DNA of 40,477 nucleotides from IMG/VR virus record IMGVR_UViG_2778261450_000004. The stretch is one strand, 5' to 3'. Of the stretch, positions 27,999-35,015 are shown in pieces (within the stretch, counting starts at the first letter, position 1; every line of letters begins with the position of its first letter). The notes below the pieces were generated by a model. The model did not search any database. It worked only from the letters and a program-made list of their open reading frames with translations, and had not been told where the DNA came from. This DNA is from a virus. Lineage: Duplodnaviria; Heunggongvirae; Uroviricota; Caudoviricetes. The translations under genes were made by a program, and so were the position numbers.

Positions 27999-28238
27999 TC
28001 AGCCTCTCTTGTTTTCGTTATTTCCAAAAACGACCGTTTGATTATTTTTTGAATGACTGCCACTTTTTTGAATTATTGTATGCCCTGAACTTGTTTTATT
28101 AACAATAAACGTACCCAAAAATGTTAGAAGAAAGCCACCAGAAGTAAACATCAATGGCACACTATTGAAGTGATATGCAGCAAAGCCAGCGCAAGCAACG
28201 AATGTCAGAGAAAATATTCTAATCATATTTCGGATCAT
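27999..28238 (-). CDS. Small two-helix membrane protein
   Basis: Hydrophobic segments IFSLTFVACAGFAAY and GGFLLTFLGTFIV; ATG at 28238 with an AGGA SD; stop 2 bp before the next start. Confidence 0.45.
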   Translation of the reverse strand: MIRNMIRIFSLTFVACAGFAAYHFNSVPLMFTSGGFLLTFLGTFIVNKTSSGHTIIQKSGSHSKNNQTVVFGNNENKRG

Positions 28239-28569
28239 AACCACATCCTGTAAGTACTGTTGTCATCTTTTGGCGGTTCTTGAAACCCATACTATACAAA
28301 AGCTTATCCATCTTTTGTACAAACTTCCGCTTTGAAAGTGACATTATAAAGTAACTGCAACTTAGAGTGCATCCCCCTAAATATCTCCGATGGCGATAGT
28401 TGCTGGCGACAACTTACTTCCATAATCAACTGACAGGCTTGCTCCGCGTTGATTAGTGCATAGGAATGTCAGCATTGCCCGCCCCTGGCACAAAACAGAC
28501 AACCACGCTAGCCGTATCCTGTGCCATGAAACTGTCAATTCACATATGAATTAATGGTCTTTAATCTCG

Positions 28570-28992
28570 TCACTTCAATAAATACCGAACATTTCCCTGA
28601 TAAAATGCTAATACACGCTGCATAACATCGCTCTTCCAGCAGTCGCGACAAATAGTGTTTAGACGCCTGTCGTAACGACGTATTTCTCCGTCTGGTAATG
28701 ACCAAATAAGGTCCGGATCAACCACAACTGGTTTCTTCACCTTTGCCCTCGATAGTTTTTTGCGGGCGTTTTGCCAGTCTTTACGTGCCTGCTCAGAAGG
28801 GAATAACCCGTAGCCAGAGTTGTATACATCACCACTCGCAACCAACTCTCTGGCAAGAACGCTTATCAGATATCTTGTCGCCCCCGTTTTAGCTTCCAGT
28901 TGTCGTAACGTCTCTCGCCCGCTCTGGCGTACGAGATCAACAATCTGCCCTTTAATTTTTTCTCGCTCTTCCTGTGTTAATACTTTTGCCAT
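28570..28992 (-). CDS. Hypothetical phage protein
   Basis: ATG at 28992 preceded by GGGGAGGG; 140-aa basic protein downstream of the replication genes. Confidence 0.45.
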   Translation of the reverse strand: MAKVLTQEEREKIKGQIVDLVRQSGRETLRQLEAKTGATRYLISVLARELVASGDVYNSGYGLFPSEQARKDWQNARKKLSRAKVKKPVVVDPDLIWSLPDGEIRRYDRRLNTICRDCWKSDVMQRVLAFYQGNVRYLLK

Positions 28993-29008
28993 AAGCCCTC
29001 CCCTGGAA

Positions 29009-29735
29009 TCACTTTTCCGACACAATACGACTGGAGGAATCGACAATCTGACGGACAATATCCTGGTGCTTGTTCAGCTCCCGCAGCGCGGCGCAGACTC
29101 GCTCCCACTTCTGGACATGACTTTTCGCCCGGCGCAGTTCGCGGTTTGCCATTTGCAGCGATGGTAAAATCAGGTCATTGGCTCGCGTTTCAGTGAACGA
29201 TGGTAGTGACTGCACAATGTCCCCCACAGTATCTGTTTTAATTTCTTCCTGTGTTGCCGCTTCCTGTACTGGTAACGCAACACCGGCTGGCTGAGAAAAG
29301 CCTTTACCAGGTGTTTTAACTACCGATACAACTTTCGGCTCTGCTGGTAAATTACCGTCCGGCAGGCAGTAACGAAATTTACCGTTCTGATTTACGCGAA
29401 TCAGACGACCTTTGCTGATGGCCATAGCCAGCGATGAGTTCACCCTGCGGGAAGTAATTCTGAATATCAGTGCAAGTTCATCAGCCGCTTTAGGGCCATG
29501 CTGTTCAATCGCCTCGATCAGCATTTGCGCTGTCACTTTAGAAGCCTGTGCTACAGATGCGTTTTCGTCGGTTTGAGTCAACCACCACATCGGGCCCTTG
29601 TTATCAGCTTCCCCACGACGCTTCAGTTTCCACAGCTCGTTAATCGCCTCATCCCGGGTCATTCCCAGACGTGCTGCCACTTCCTGGGAAGAGGCTTTTC
29701 CCATTGCTTTCAGTGCGTCAAAAACGGTCTCCATT
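29009..29735 (-). CDS. YdaW-like replication-region protein (putative)
   Basis: Position after the DnaC-like gene; N-terminal METVFDALKAMGKASSQEVAARLGMTRDEAINELWKLKRRG looks winged-helix-like. Confidence 0.45.
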
Positions 29736-29756
29736 AAAATTTCCTCCCGGTAAAAA

Positions 29757-30503
29757 TTACTTCTCAATTCCTGGCTGACCAACATTCGGGCGCCAGCTCT
29801 CCCAGTTAAAATTCACCCATCGCCCGCCGTTCATGGTCATCCGATCCATAATCCTCTCGCCGAGCAATGTTTTCATGGCCTCATAGTTCAGGTTTGTCAG
29901 CATCCCCACGCTGCGGATCGACGCTGTCCGGCGATCAACAATCTGGTGCAGTACCACCTGCTCGTTTTTTGTCTCGCGCTGAATGCCAATTTCATCAAGA
30001 ACCAGCAGATCCACTTCGCACAGTTCCCGCAAAAATTTTTCGCCTGATTGCCCGTCGTCATAGCTGGCGTGTAGAGCACTCATAACATCAGCCACGGTAA
30101 CCACAATCACTGTCTGACCGTTTTTCAGCAGGCGATTCCCGATAGCCGCCGCCAGATGGTTTTTTCCGGTACCAGGTTTTCCGCTAAACGCAAAATTTGT
30201 ACACCCGACCATCAGTTCATCGGCGATGGATTTCGCCTGGCTCAACGCGTATCGCTGGCCGTCGTTCTGCACCTGGTAATTCGAAAACGAGCATTTGCGG
30301 TGCAACGGCTGGATGCCGGAGCGATTCAGAATTTTTTCCACCCGCAACTGACGATTCTGGCGATTGATCTCCTCGCAACGTTTCTGGCCTTCTGCAAGTT
30401 GCCACTCGCGCCACTCCGCCACCGTCCTGAATGGCGCGGTTACATGTGGCGGGGCCAGTCTGCGGATACGTTCCAGAACGCCGCCTGTCGCAATATTTTT
30501 CAT
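29757..30503 (-). CDS. DnaC/IstB-like replication ATPase (helicase loader)
   Basis: Walker A GKPGTGKNHLAAAIG and Walker B-like DLLVLDEIG. Confidence 0.8.
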   Translation of the reverse strand: MKNIATGGVLERIRRLAPPHVTAPFRTVAEWREWQLAEGQKRCEEINRQNRQLRVEKILNRSGIQPLHRKCSFSNYQVQNDGQRYALSQAKSIADELMVGCTNFAFSGKPGTGKNHLAAAIGNRLLKNGQTVIVVTVADVMSALHASYDDGQSGEKFLRELCEVDLLVLDEIGIQRETKNEQVVLHQIVDRRTASIRSVGMLTNLNYEAMKTLLGERIMDRMTMNGGRWVNFNWESWRPNVGQPGIEK

Positions 30504-30509
30504 GGTCAG

Positions 30510-31298
30510 TTACCCCCTGAAGCCTGGCGGGATCGCACTGTCCGGAAACGAGACAGTGTTAACCTGTCGGAGCAACGTCTCAGGCCGAACACTTTTCGGC
30601 GCGAACAAGCCCTGGTATTCATTGGCGATGCTGTGTCGAATCACCTGCTCAGGGGTAAAACCCTGCTGGCGGAATTTTTCCAGTTCCCGTATCGCCCCGT
30701 TAGCGCCCTGCTCCGTTCGAATCGGTTTTCGCAATGCCTGCCTGAACTGGACCCACTCATTCCAGAGTGTTTCTGGCAACCAGTCGGGCAGAGCAATGGC
30801 CTCCGGCTCGAATTGTTTAGACGCTCGTTTTTGCCGAGGGGGATTTAGGGGGAGATCAGTATTTATATCTTCCTCTTCCTCTTCCTCTGGTAACGCTTTT
30901 TGATCCGTTTGTGTAACGCTGGCAGCGTTACCTTTTCGCTTCAGTTCGCGTATTTTTGTAACTCTCTCGTTTGTAACCGCCCGTTTTTTCGAGCTTTTTC
31001 CGTTATGACGCTCAAAGTTTGGTAGTGAAAGCACTCCATCACTTTCGACCAGCCATCCAACCTGAATTAACGCATCAGCAAAACCAGCCATAAAAGTGAT
31101 ACGGTCTATTGCACTTTTTGTAACGCCTCGAGCGTTACACTCTGCGTTACCATCAATCATTTGTTGATCCGCCCATGCCCAGAATCGAATGACCTTCCCT
31201 AATGCGGCATCTGGATCAATATTAAGAATCTCAGCAATCCTGAATATTTCCGGTTTATCCGGCGTAATAACTTCGAGCTTTATCCAGTTTGAAGCCAT
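30510..31298 (-). CDS. Replication initiation protein (YdaU / O-like, putative)
   Basis: ATG at 31298 (MASNWIKLEV...) with an AAGGTGA SD; acidic EEEEEED stretch; directly precedes the DnaC-like gene; contains palindromic repeats. Confidence 0.6.
   Translation of the reverse strand: MASNWIKLEVITPDKPEIFRIAEILNIDPDAALGKVIRFWAWADQQMIDGNAECNARGVTKSAIDRITFMAGFADALIQVGWLVESDGVLSLPNFERHNGKSSKKRAVTNERVTKIRELKRKGNAASVTQTDQKALPEEEEEEDINTDLPLNPPRQKRASKQFEPEAIALPDWLPETLWNEWVQFRQALRKPIRTEQGANGAIRELEKFRQQGFTPEQVIRHSIANEYQGLFAPKSVRPETLLRQVNTVSFPDSAIPPGFRG
30913..30931. repeat. Palindrome GTAACGCT-GGC-AGCGTTAC (copy 1)
   Basis: Read directly from the sequence; lies inside the O-like gene. Confidence 0.8.
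31119..31139. repeat. Palindrome TGTAACGC-CTCGA-GCGTTACA (copy 2)
   Basis: Read directly; inside the O-like gene; an extra GCGTTAC half-site follows at 31144-31150. Confidence 0.8.
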
Positions 31299-31311
31299 AT
31301 TGTTTTCACCT

Positions 31312-31332
31312 TGTAACGCTCGCAGCGTTACA
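31312..31332. repeat. Palindrome TGTAACGCT-CGC-AGCGTTACA (copy 3)
   Basis: Perfect 9-bp arms; sits 14 bp upstream of the O-like start codon, between ydaT and the O-like gene. Confidence 0.8.
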
Positions 31333-31376
31333 TTTAACTGATACCGAACAAAACGCTCCGGCACGATTAATTTCAA

Positions 31377-31799
31377 TCAATGCACTACGACAGAATCGCC
31401 GGATGATCCGCCGCGGCTGAAATGCGCTTTCCGGTAAACGGCCTGGACTGCATCATCATGCGCATCAATTGCCGTATTCAGCGCTTCCTGAGCCGCCAGT
31501 AATGCGCGACGTTCCAGGGTGTCAAAAACGCTGAGGCGGTGTCGCAGTTCGCGCGGAAGAATTGCCAGGATTGCAGGAATCAGCTTCTGGATTTTTTCCC
31601 TTTGCGCCTCTGTTTCACCTTTTAACCAGCGGTGATAGATGTTTTGCTGATTGTTCCAGTCCTTGCCTGGCGCCAGGGCTAATTCACTCTCCCCCTGGCG
31701 CAAATATTCTTCAGTAATTGCGTTGGCAACCCACGCCTGACCTTTTTCGGCAGCCAGAGCTAACAACACTGATTCAATGTGCTCATGCCTGATTTTCAT
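31377..31799 (-). CDS. ydaT: YdaT-like protein
   Basis: 140 aa from MKIRHEHIESVLLALAAEKGQAW...; position after the Cro-like gene matches Rac ydaS-ydaT. Confidence 0.6.
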   Translation of the reverse strand: MKIRHEHIESVLLALAAEKGQAWVANAITEEYLRQGESELALAPGKDWNNQQNIYHRWLKGETEAQREKIQKLIPAILAILPRELRHRLSVFDTLERRALLAAQEALNTAIDAHDDAVQAVYRKAHFSRGGSSGDSVVVH

Positions 31800-32010
31800 G
31801 AATACCCTTACCCGCCCGCTTTGCCTTACGATATTTGTCATAGATATTTGAGTCGTACTGAAGCTCCCCGCCAGATGCCTCTTGCAGACGCATCGCGCGG
31901 CCTTCAGGAACCAGTTCCCCCCATTGAGAAACAGCAGATGGATCAACGCCAGCAGCTTTCGCCACTTTGGCTTTCGTGCCGTAATAATTAATTACGTCTG
32001 ATTTAAACAT
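31783..32010 (-). CDS. Cro/YdaS-like small HTH protein
   Basis: MFKSDVINYYGTKAKVAKAAGVDPSAVSQWG... is HTH-like; ATG at 32010 with a GGAGGTG SD; divergent from the repressor gene. The track start at 32037 is a TTG. Confidence 0.55.
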   Translation of the reverse strand: MFKSDVINYYGTKAKVAKAAGVDPSAVSQWGELVPEGRAMRLQEASGGELQYDSNIYDKYRKAKRAGKGIHENQA

Positions 32011-32020
32011 TGCACCTCCA

Positions 32021-32037
32021 ATATTGAGTTTTCTCAA
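32021..32037. promoter_or_regulatory. Operator: 16-mer ATATTGAGTTTTCTCA containing palindrome TTGAG-TTTT-CTCAA
   Basis: Exact 16-mer repeated at 32557-32572; lies between the divergent Cro-like and repressor genes; further CTCAA half-sites at 32047 and 32057. Confidence 0.55.
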
Positions 32038-32066
32038 TGTTAATCACTCAAGGAATCTCAAGTCAA
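32037..32066 (-). promoter_or_regulatory. Putative promoter for the Cro-like gene
   Basis: On the - strand: TTGACT (32061-32066), 18-bp spacer, TAACAT (32037-32042); the operator overlaps the -10/+1 region. Confidence 0.3.
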
Positions 32067-32087
32067 GGGTTATTAAGATATCTAAAT

Positions 32088-32495
32088 ATGAACGAGAAAA
32101 CTTTAGGTCAACGAATTAGAGAAAGACGCAAGCAGGTAGGCTTAAGTCAAAGTGGTTTAAGCAAAGCTGCTGGCGTTTCTGGCTCATCAATTTCATTATG
32201 GGAAAGTGACCATACAGCCCCGCGCGGGCAAAATTTGCATAGACTCGCCGAGGTATTACAATGCTCACCGACCTGGATACTGTTCGGTGATGAGGATAAA
32301 ACTCCGGATGCCCCAGTTTCACTCAATAGCACCTTAGACTTATCGGAAGATGAACTGGAGATGTTGCGACTGTATCGCGCACTTCCAAAATCCGAACAAC
32401 AAGCACAAATCAGTGAACTCAGCGCTCGAGTTGAGAATTTTAATCGCCTATTTACTGAGCTATTAGAAGCTCGCAAGCGTAACAAACATCAATAA
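32088..32495 (+). CDS. XRE-family HTH repressor (CI / RacR-like)
   Basis: MNEKTLGQRIRERRKQVGLSQSGLSKAAGVSGSSISLWESDHTAPRGQNLHRLAEVLQCSPTWILFGDED is a classic XRE HTH. No SD, so possibly leaderless; an alternative upstream ATG is at 32037. Confidence 0.7.
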   Translation: MNEKTLGQRIRERRKQVGLSQSGLSKAAGVSGSSISLWESDHTAPRGQNLHRLAEVLQCSPTWILFGDEDKTPDAPVSLNSTLDLSEDELEMLRLYRALPKSEQQAQISELSARVENFNRLFTELLEARKRNKHQ

Positions 32496-32556
32496 TCACC
32501 CCATCACAAATTTTTAAAGCCTTACATTTCAATGTATTGGCTTTATCTTGAGTCAA

Positions 32557-32606
32557 ATATTGAGTTTTCTCATCAAAAACACTTGACCAAAAACAATGAG
32601 AAAACT
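32557..32606. promoter_or_regulatory. Second operator cluster: 16-mer ATATTGAGTTTTCTCA (32557-32572) plus inverted copy TGAGAAAACT (32597-32606)
   Basis: Exact repeat of the 32021-32036 16-mer; located downstream of the repressor gene and upstream of the rightward early operon. Confidence 0.5.
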
Positions 32607-32682
32607 AAATTACATCCCATCAAAACACCGCACGGTGTTCTCAGCAAACAGTTCCGCCACCCGGCGTTAAGGGGATACGAAG

Positions 32683-32961
32683 ATGATCGCAGATGAAAAG
32701 CAGGGACTGGTGTTAAAAATAGATACCAGCCCCCTGAGACATCAGATTGAGAAGTTATACAAACTACTTGTTCCTGCGGTTTTTAACTGTCCGGATGATT
32801 TTATTGATTGTTTTATTAAAGTGTTCACTGAAATCAGAATCTTTGATTTCCGCAAAACAATCACCGCAGATAAAACGATCATTGTCAGAGCCAGAGTGCT
32901 CATCGATCTCAATGTAGCGAGATCGGCAATGAGGACAGCGAAATTTAATATCCATAATTAA
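32683..32961 (+). CDS. Hypothetical ORF at the ydaG position (uncertain; overlaps an antisense zinc-ribbon ORF)
   Basis: 92-aa ORF with an AAGGGG SD about 8 nt upstream; on the same strand as the rightward early operon. Confidence 0.3.
   Translation: MIADEKQGLVLKIDTSPLRHQIEKLYKLLVPAVFNCPDDFIDCFIKVFTEIRIFDFRKTITADKTIIVRARVLIDLNVARSAMRTAKFNIHN
32764..32955 (-). CDS. Putative zinc-ribbon protein (CPHC-x17-CGDC)
   Basis: MDIKFRCPHCRSRYIEIDEHSGSDNDRFICGDCFAEIKD...; TAAGGA SD 8-9 nt upstream of the ATG. Confidence 0.4.
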   Translation of the reverse strand: MDIKFRCPHCRSRYIEIDEHSGSDNDRFICGDCFAEIKDSDFSEHFNKTINKIIRTVKNRRNK

Positions 32962-32995
32962 TATCCTTACAGCAAATTACCATTTGTAAGGATAT
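32961..32995. repeat. 11-bp perfect inverted repeat ATATCCTTACA / TGTAAGGATAT with 13-nt loop
   Basis: Read directly; overlaps the SD of the - strand zinc-ribbon ORF and abuts the stop of the + ORF. Confidence 0.75.
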
Positions 32996-33050
32996 CACCT
33001 CACCTGATGTGGTTAAAAGCAGGTCGTAGGCTCCACGATACGGAGCAACT

Positions 33051-33248
33051 ATGAAGCCAATTCCCCCAGCGTTAAGGGAAAATGAGGTCAACATGGATAC
33101 TATCGATCTTAGCAACAACGAATCCCTGGTGTGTGGCGTGTTCCCCAACCAGGATGGAACGTTCACCGCCATGACGTATACCAAAAGCAAAACGTTTAAA
33201 ACCGAAGTTGGCGCGCGTCGCTGGTTGGAGAAGTACACAGTAAGCTAA
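33051..33248 (+). CDS. ydaF: YdaF-like small protein
   Basis: ATG at 33051 with a GGAG SD (alternative ATG at 33093); protein-like sequence at the Rac ydaF position. Confidence 0.45.
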   Translation: MKPIPPALRENEVNMDTIDLSNNESLVCGVFPNQDGTFTAMTYTKSKTFKTEVGARRWLEKYTVS

Positions 33249-33700
33249 CGATTAAAACGTCTGCTCCTACTGTTCCAGAATAACTTCATAAAGTGGGAGT
33301 ATTTTTCGGTGACGAGATAATAAGAACAGTTTGCGCCATCACTCTGATGTTGAATGATGCCCTTCCGTTCTAATTTTTTCATAACCGGGTTACGGCAAGG
33401 AGAAGTGATAATAAGATTTCCTGTTTTAAGGAAATCTTTAAATACAGCGATTTCTTTCTCAGATAAACGAAGCAATACTCGTTGCTCTGGTAGCAATGAA
33501 TAATGTTTTTGAATATGTGCTCGCAATCTTGAGAAGGAAATGGCAACCACGAAAGAAAAGGCAAAAACTATAATCTGAAAGAGCCAGGTTATTTCAGTAT
33601 AAGCATTAAATACGACAGCAAACTCTTTCGGTATCAGCCAGAGAGTGAGGCCAAAAATGATAATCGTGTACATAAGTCTTTCGATGTGGCTCTTTAGCAA
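33245..33700 (-). CDS. sieB: Superinfection exclusion protein B-like membrane protein
   Basis: Two N-terminal hydrophobic helices (IIIFGLTLWLIP..., WLFQIIVFAFSFVVAISF); opposite strand to kilR, as sieB is in Rac. Confidence 0.5.
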   Translation of the reverse strand: MLKSHIERLMYTIIIFGLTLWLIPKEFAVVFNAYTEITWLFQIIVFAFSFVVAISFSRLRAHIQKHYSLLPEQRVLLRLSEKEIAVFKDFLKTGNLIITSPCRNPVMKKLERKGIIQHQSDGANCSYYLVTEKYSHFMKLFWNSRSRRFNR

Positions 33701-34091
33701 AAAGTTTCAACAATGGAGTAAATACATCCAACATTTCAATAACTCTCGACTGTAAGGGTATTGAAATGTTAACACAAGCTCTCGCTGTAGGGGTATAGCC
33801 GAGACCACCGAAGCCCGGAGGTGGTGAAATAAAACCGGGCACAACACGAAGGCGCATTTCCGATATCCATAAAGAGTCGGTCTTGTCTGTTAAATATAAA
33901 TGGTGGGAGTGCGCCTCCGGTTGTGAATAACGACATTGCTGTGTGTAGTCTTTGGCGGCATCGGTTTTTTCTTGAAGTTCGGCTGATGTCCGCCCTTTTT
34001 AAAGTGAATTTTGTGATGCGGTGAATGCGGCTAAGCGCACGCGGAACAGTTAAAAAACTCTATATTAGTTTGGGTGGTATTTGTATCCGGT

Positions 34092-34113
34092 GTTAATTGT
34101 TAACTGGTTAACG
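34092..34113. promoter_or_regulatory. GTTAA-repeat element GTTAATTGTTAACTGGTTAACG with two GTTAAC palindromes
   Basis: Lies about 60-80 bp upstream of the kilR start; read directly. Confidence 0.3.
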
Positions 34114-34172
34114 TCACCTGGAGGCACCAGGCACCGCATCAACAAAGTTCATTTGAAAAAATGGAGATGATT

Positions 34173-34394
34173 ATGATTGCGCATCACTTCGGAACTGATG
34201 AAATACCACGTCAGTGTGTAACCCCTGGCGATTATGTTCTTCATGAAGGTCGGACATATATCGCCTCGGCAAACAATATTAAAAAGCGAAAACTTTATAT
34301 TCGTAGCCTGACTACAAAAACATGCATTTCTGACTGCATGATTAAAGTCTTCCTCGGTCGTGATGGTTTACCTGTAAAAGCGGAATCATGGTGA
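34173..34394 (+). CDS. kilR: KilR (FtsZ-targeting killing protein of Rac)
   Basis: [44 protein letters not shown]...[16 protein letters not shown] matches Rac KilR as I recall it; 73 aa from the internal ATG. Confidence 0.8.
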   Translation: MIAHHFGTDEIPRQCVTPGDYVLHEGRTYIASANNIKKRKLYIRSLTTKTCISDCMIKVFLGRDGLPVKAESW

Positions 34395-34564
34395 TGGCTA
34401 AGAAAATCAAATGTGCTTACCACCTTTGCAATAAAGAAATTCAAGAAAGCAAAAGTATTAAAATACCACTTCATTTCATGCGTGGAGTTATCCCAACGAC
34501 GGAAATGAAAAAATATTGTAGTGAAAGTTGCGCCGAAAAACACCAGATGGCACACGAACTTTAA
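34394..34564 (+). CDS. ydaE: YdaE-like small Cys-rich protein
   Basis: Hand translation [56 protein letters not shown] (56 aa); start overlaps the kilR stop (TGATG); too short for the track. Confidence 0.6.
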   Translation: MAKKIKCAYHLCNKEIQESKSIKIPLHFMRGVIPTTEMKKYCSESCAEKHQMAHEL

Positions 34565-34638
34565 TTAACTGACTACTCGAAACTGAATTTATGCCAACAA
34601 TGGCAGGGATTCGCTCAACCTTAATTAAGGAGAAAAAC

Positions 34639-34914
34639 ATGATTACCAATTATGAATCCACTGTTGTTACTACTGATAACATTGTTCACGAGGTTTATCT
34701 GGAAGGAAAACGCATTGGCCACGTGATTAAAACACAAAATAAAGAAACCCCATTCACTGTGGTTGATATCGATGGTCCATCAGGCCACGTTAAAACACTT
34801 AACGAAGGTGTCAAAAAAATGAGTCTGGTGCACATTGGTAAGAATCTGCCCGCAGAAAAAAAAGCCGCATTTCTGGCAACGCTGATTGCAATGAAATTAA
34901 AAGGTGAAATCTGA
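34639..34914 (+). CDS. racC: RacC
   Basis: MITNYESTVVTTDNIVHEVYLEGKRIGHVIKTQNKETPFTVVDIDGPSG...LATLIAMKLKGEI; AAGGAG SD; 91 aa. Confidence 0.75.
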   Translation: MITNYESTVVTTDNIVHEVYLEGKRIGHVIKTQNKETPFTVVDIDGPSGHVKTLNEGVKKMSLVHIGKNLPAEKKAAFLATLIAMKLKGEI

Positions 34915-35015
34915 AAGAAATAGCCTGCGTATGGCGCAGGCTATGAACAGTGTGTATCCGGCAAGATCATTCACTGAACAAAACGAATTTTAATCTGAGT
35001 TGAGGTTAAAAAACA

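Noticed and set aside
30868-30889. (TCTTCC)3-like simple repeat inside the O-like gene
   Set aside because: Simply encodes the acidic EEEEEE linker; probably just a codon repeat, though it could be a slippage hotspot.
29867-30903. + strand ORFs (72, 230 and 179 aa) antisense to the DnaC-like and O-like genes
   Set aside because: Antisense to genes with clear Walker motifs; Arg/Ser-rich translations characteristic of GC-rich antisense frames.
32037-32087. Alternative longer start for the repressor at 32037 (MLITQGISSQGLLRYLNMNEK...)
   Set aside because: That ATG sits inside the operator and the predicted Cro-promoter -10; the HTH begins right after the ATG at 32088, so the shorter form is preferred, though a leaderless longer form cannot be excluded.
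32945-33238. 97-aa - strand ORF antisense to ydaF
   Set aside because: Hydrophobic junk-like translation, no SD; the ydaF frame has good SD-preceded start codons.
33606-33857. 83-aa - strand ORF overlapping the sieB-like N-terminus
   Set aside because: Begins upstream of and out of frame with the sieB-like gene, with a Pro/Gly-rich translation; more likely the sieB promoter region.
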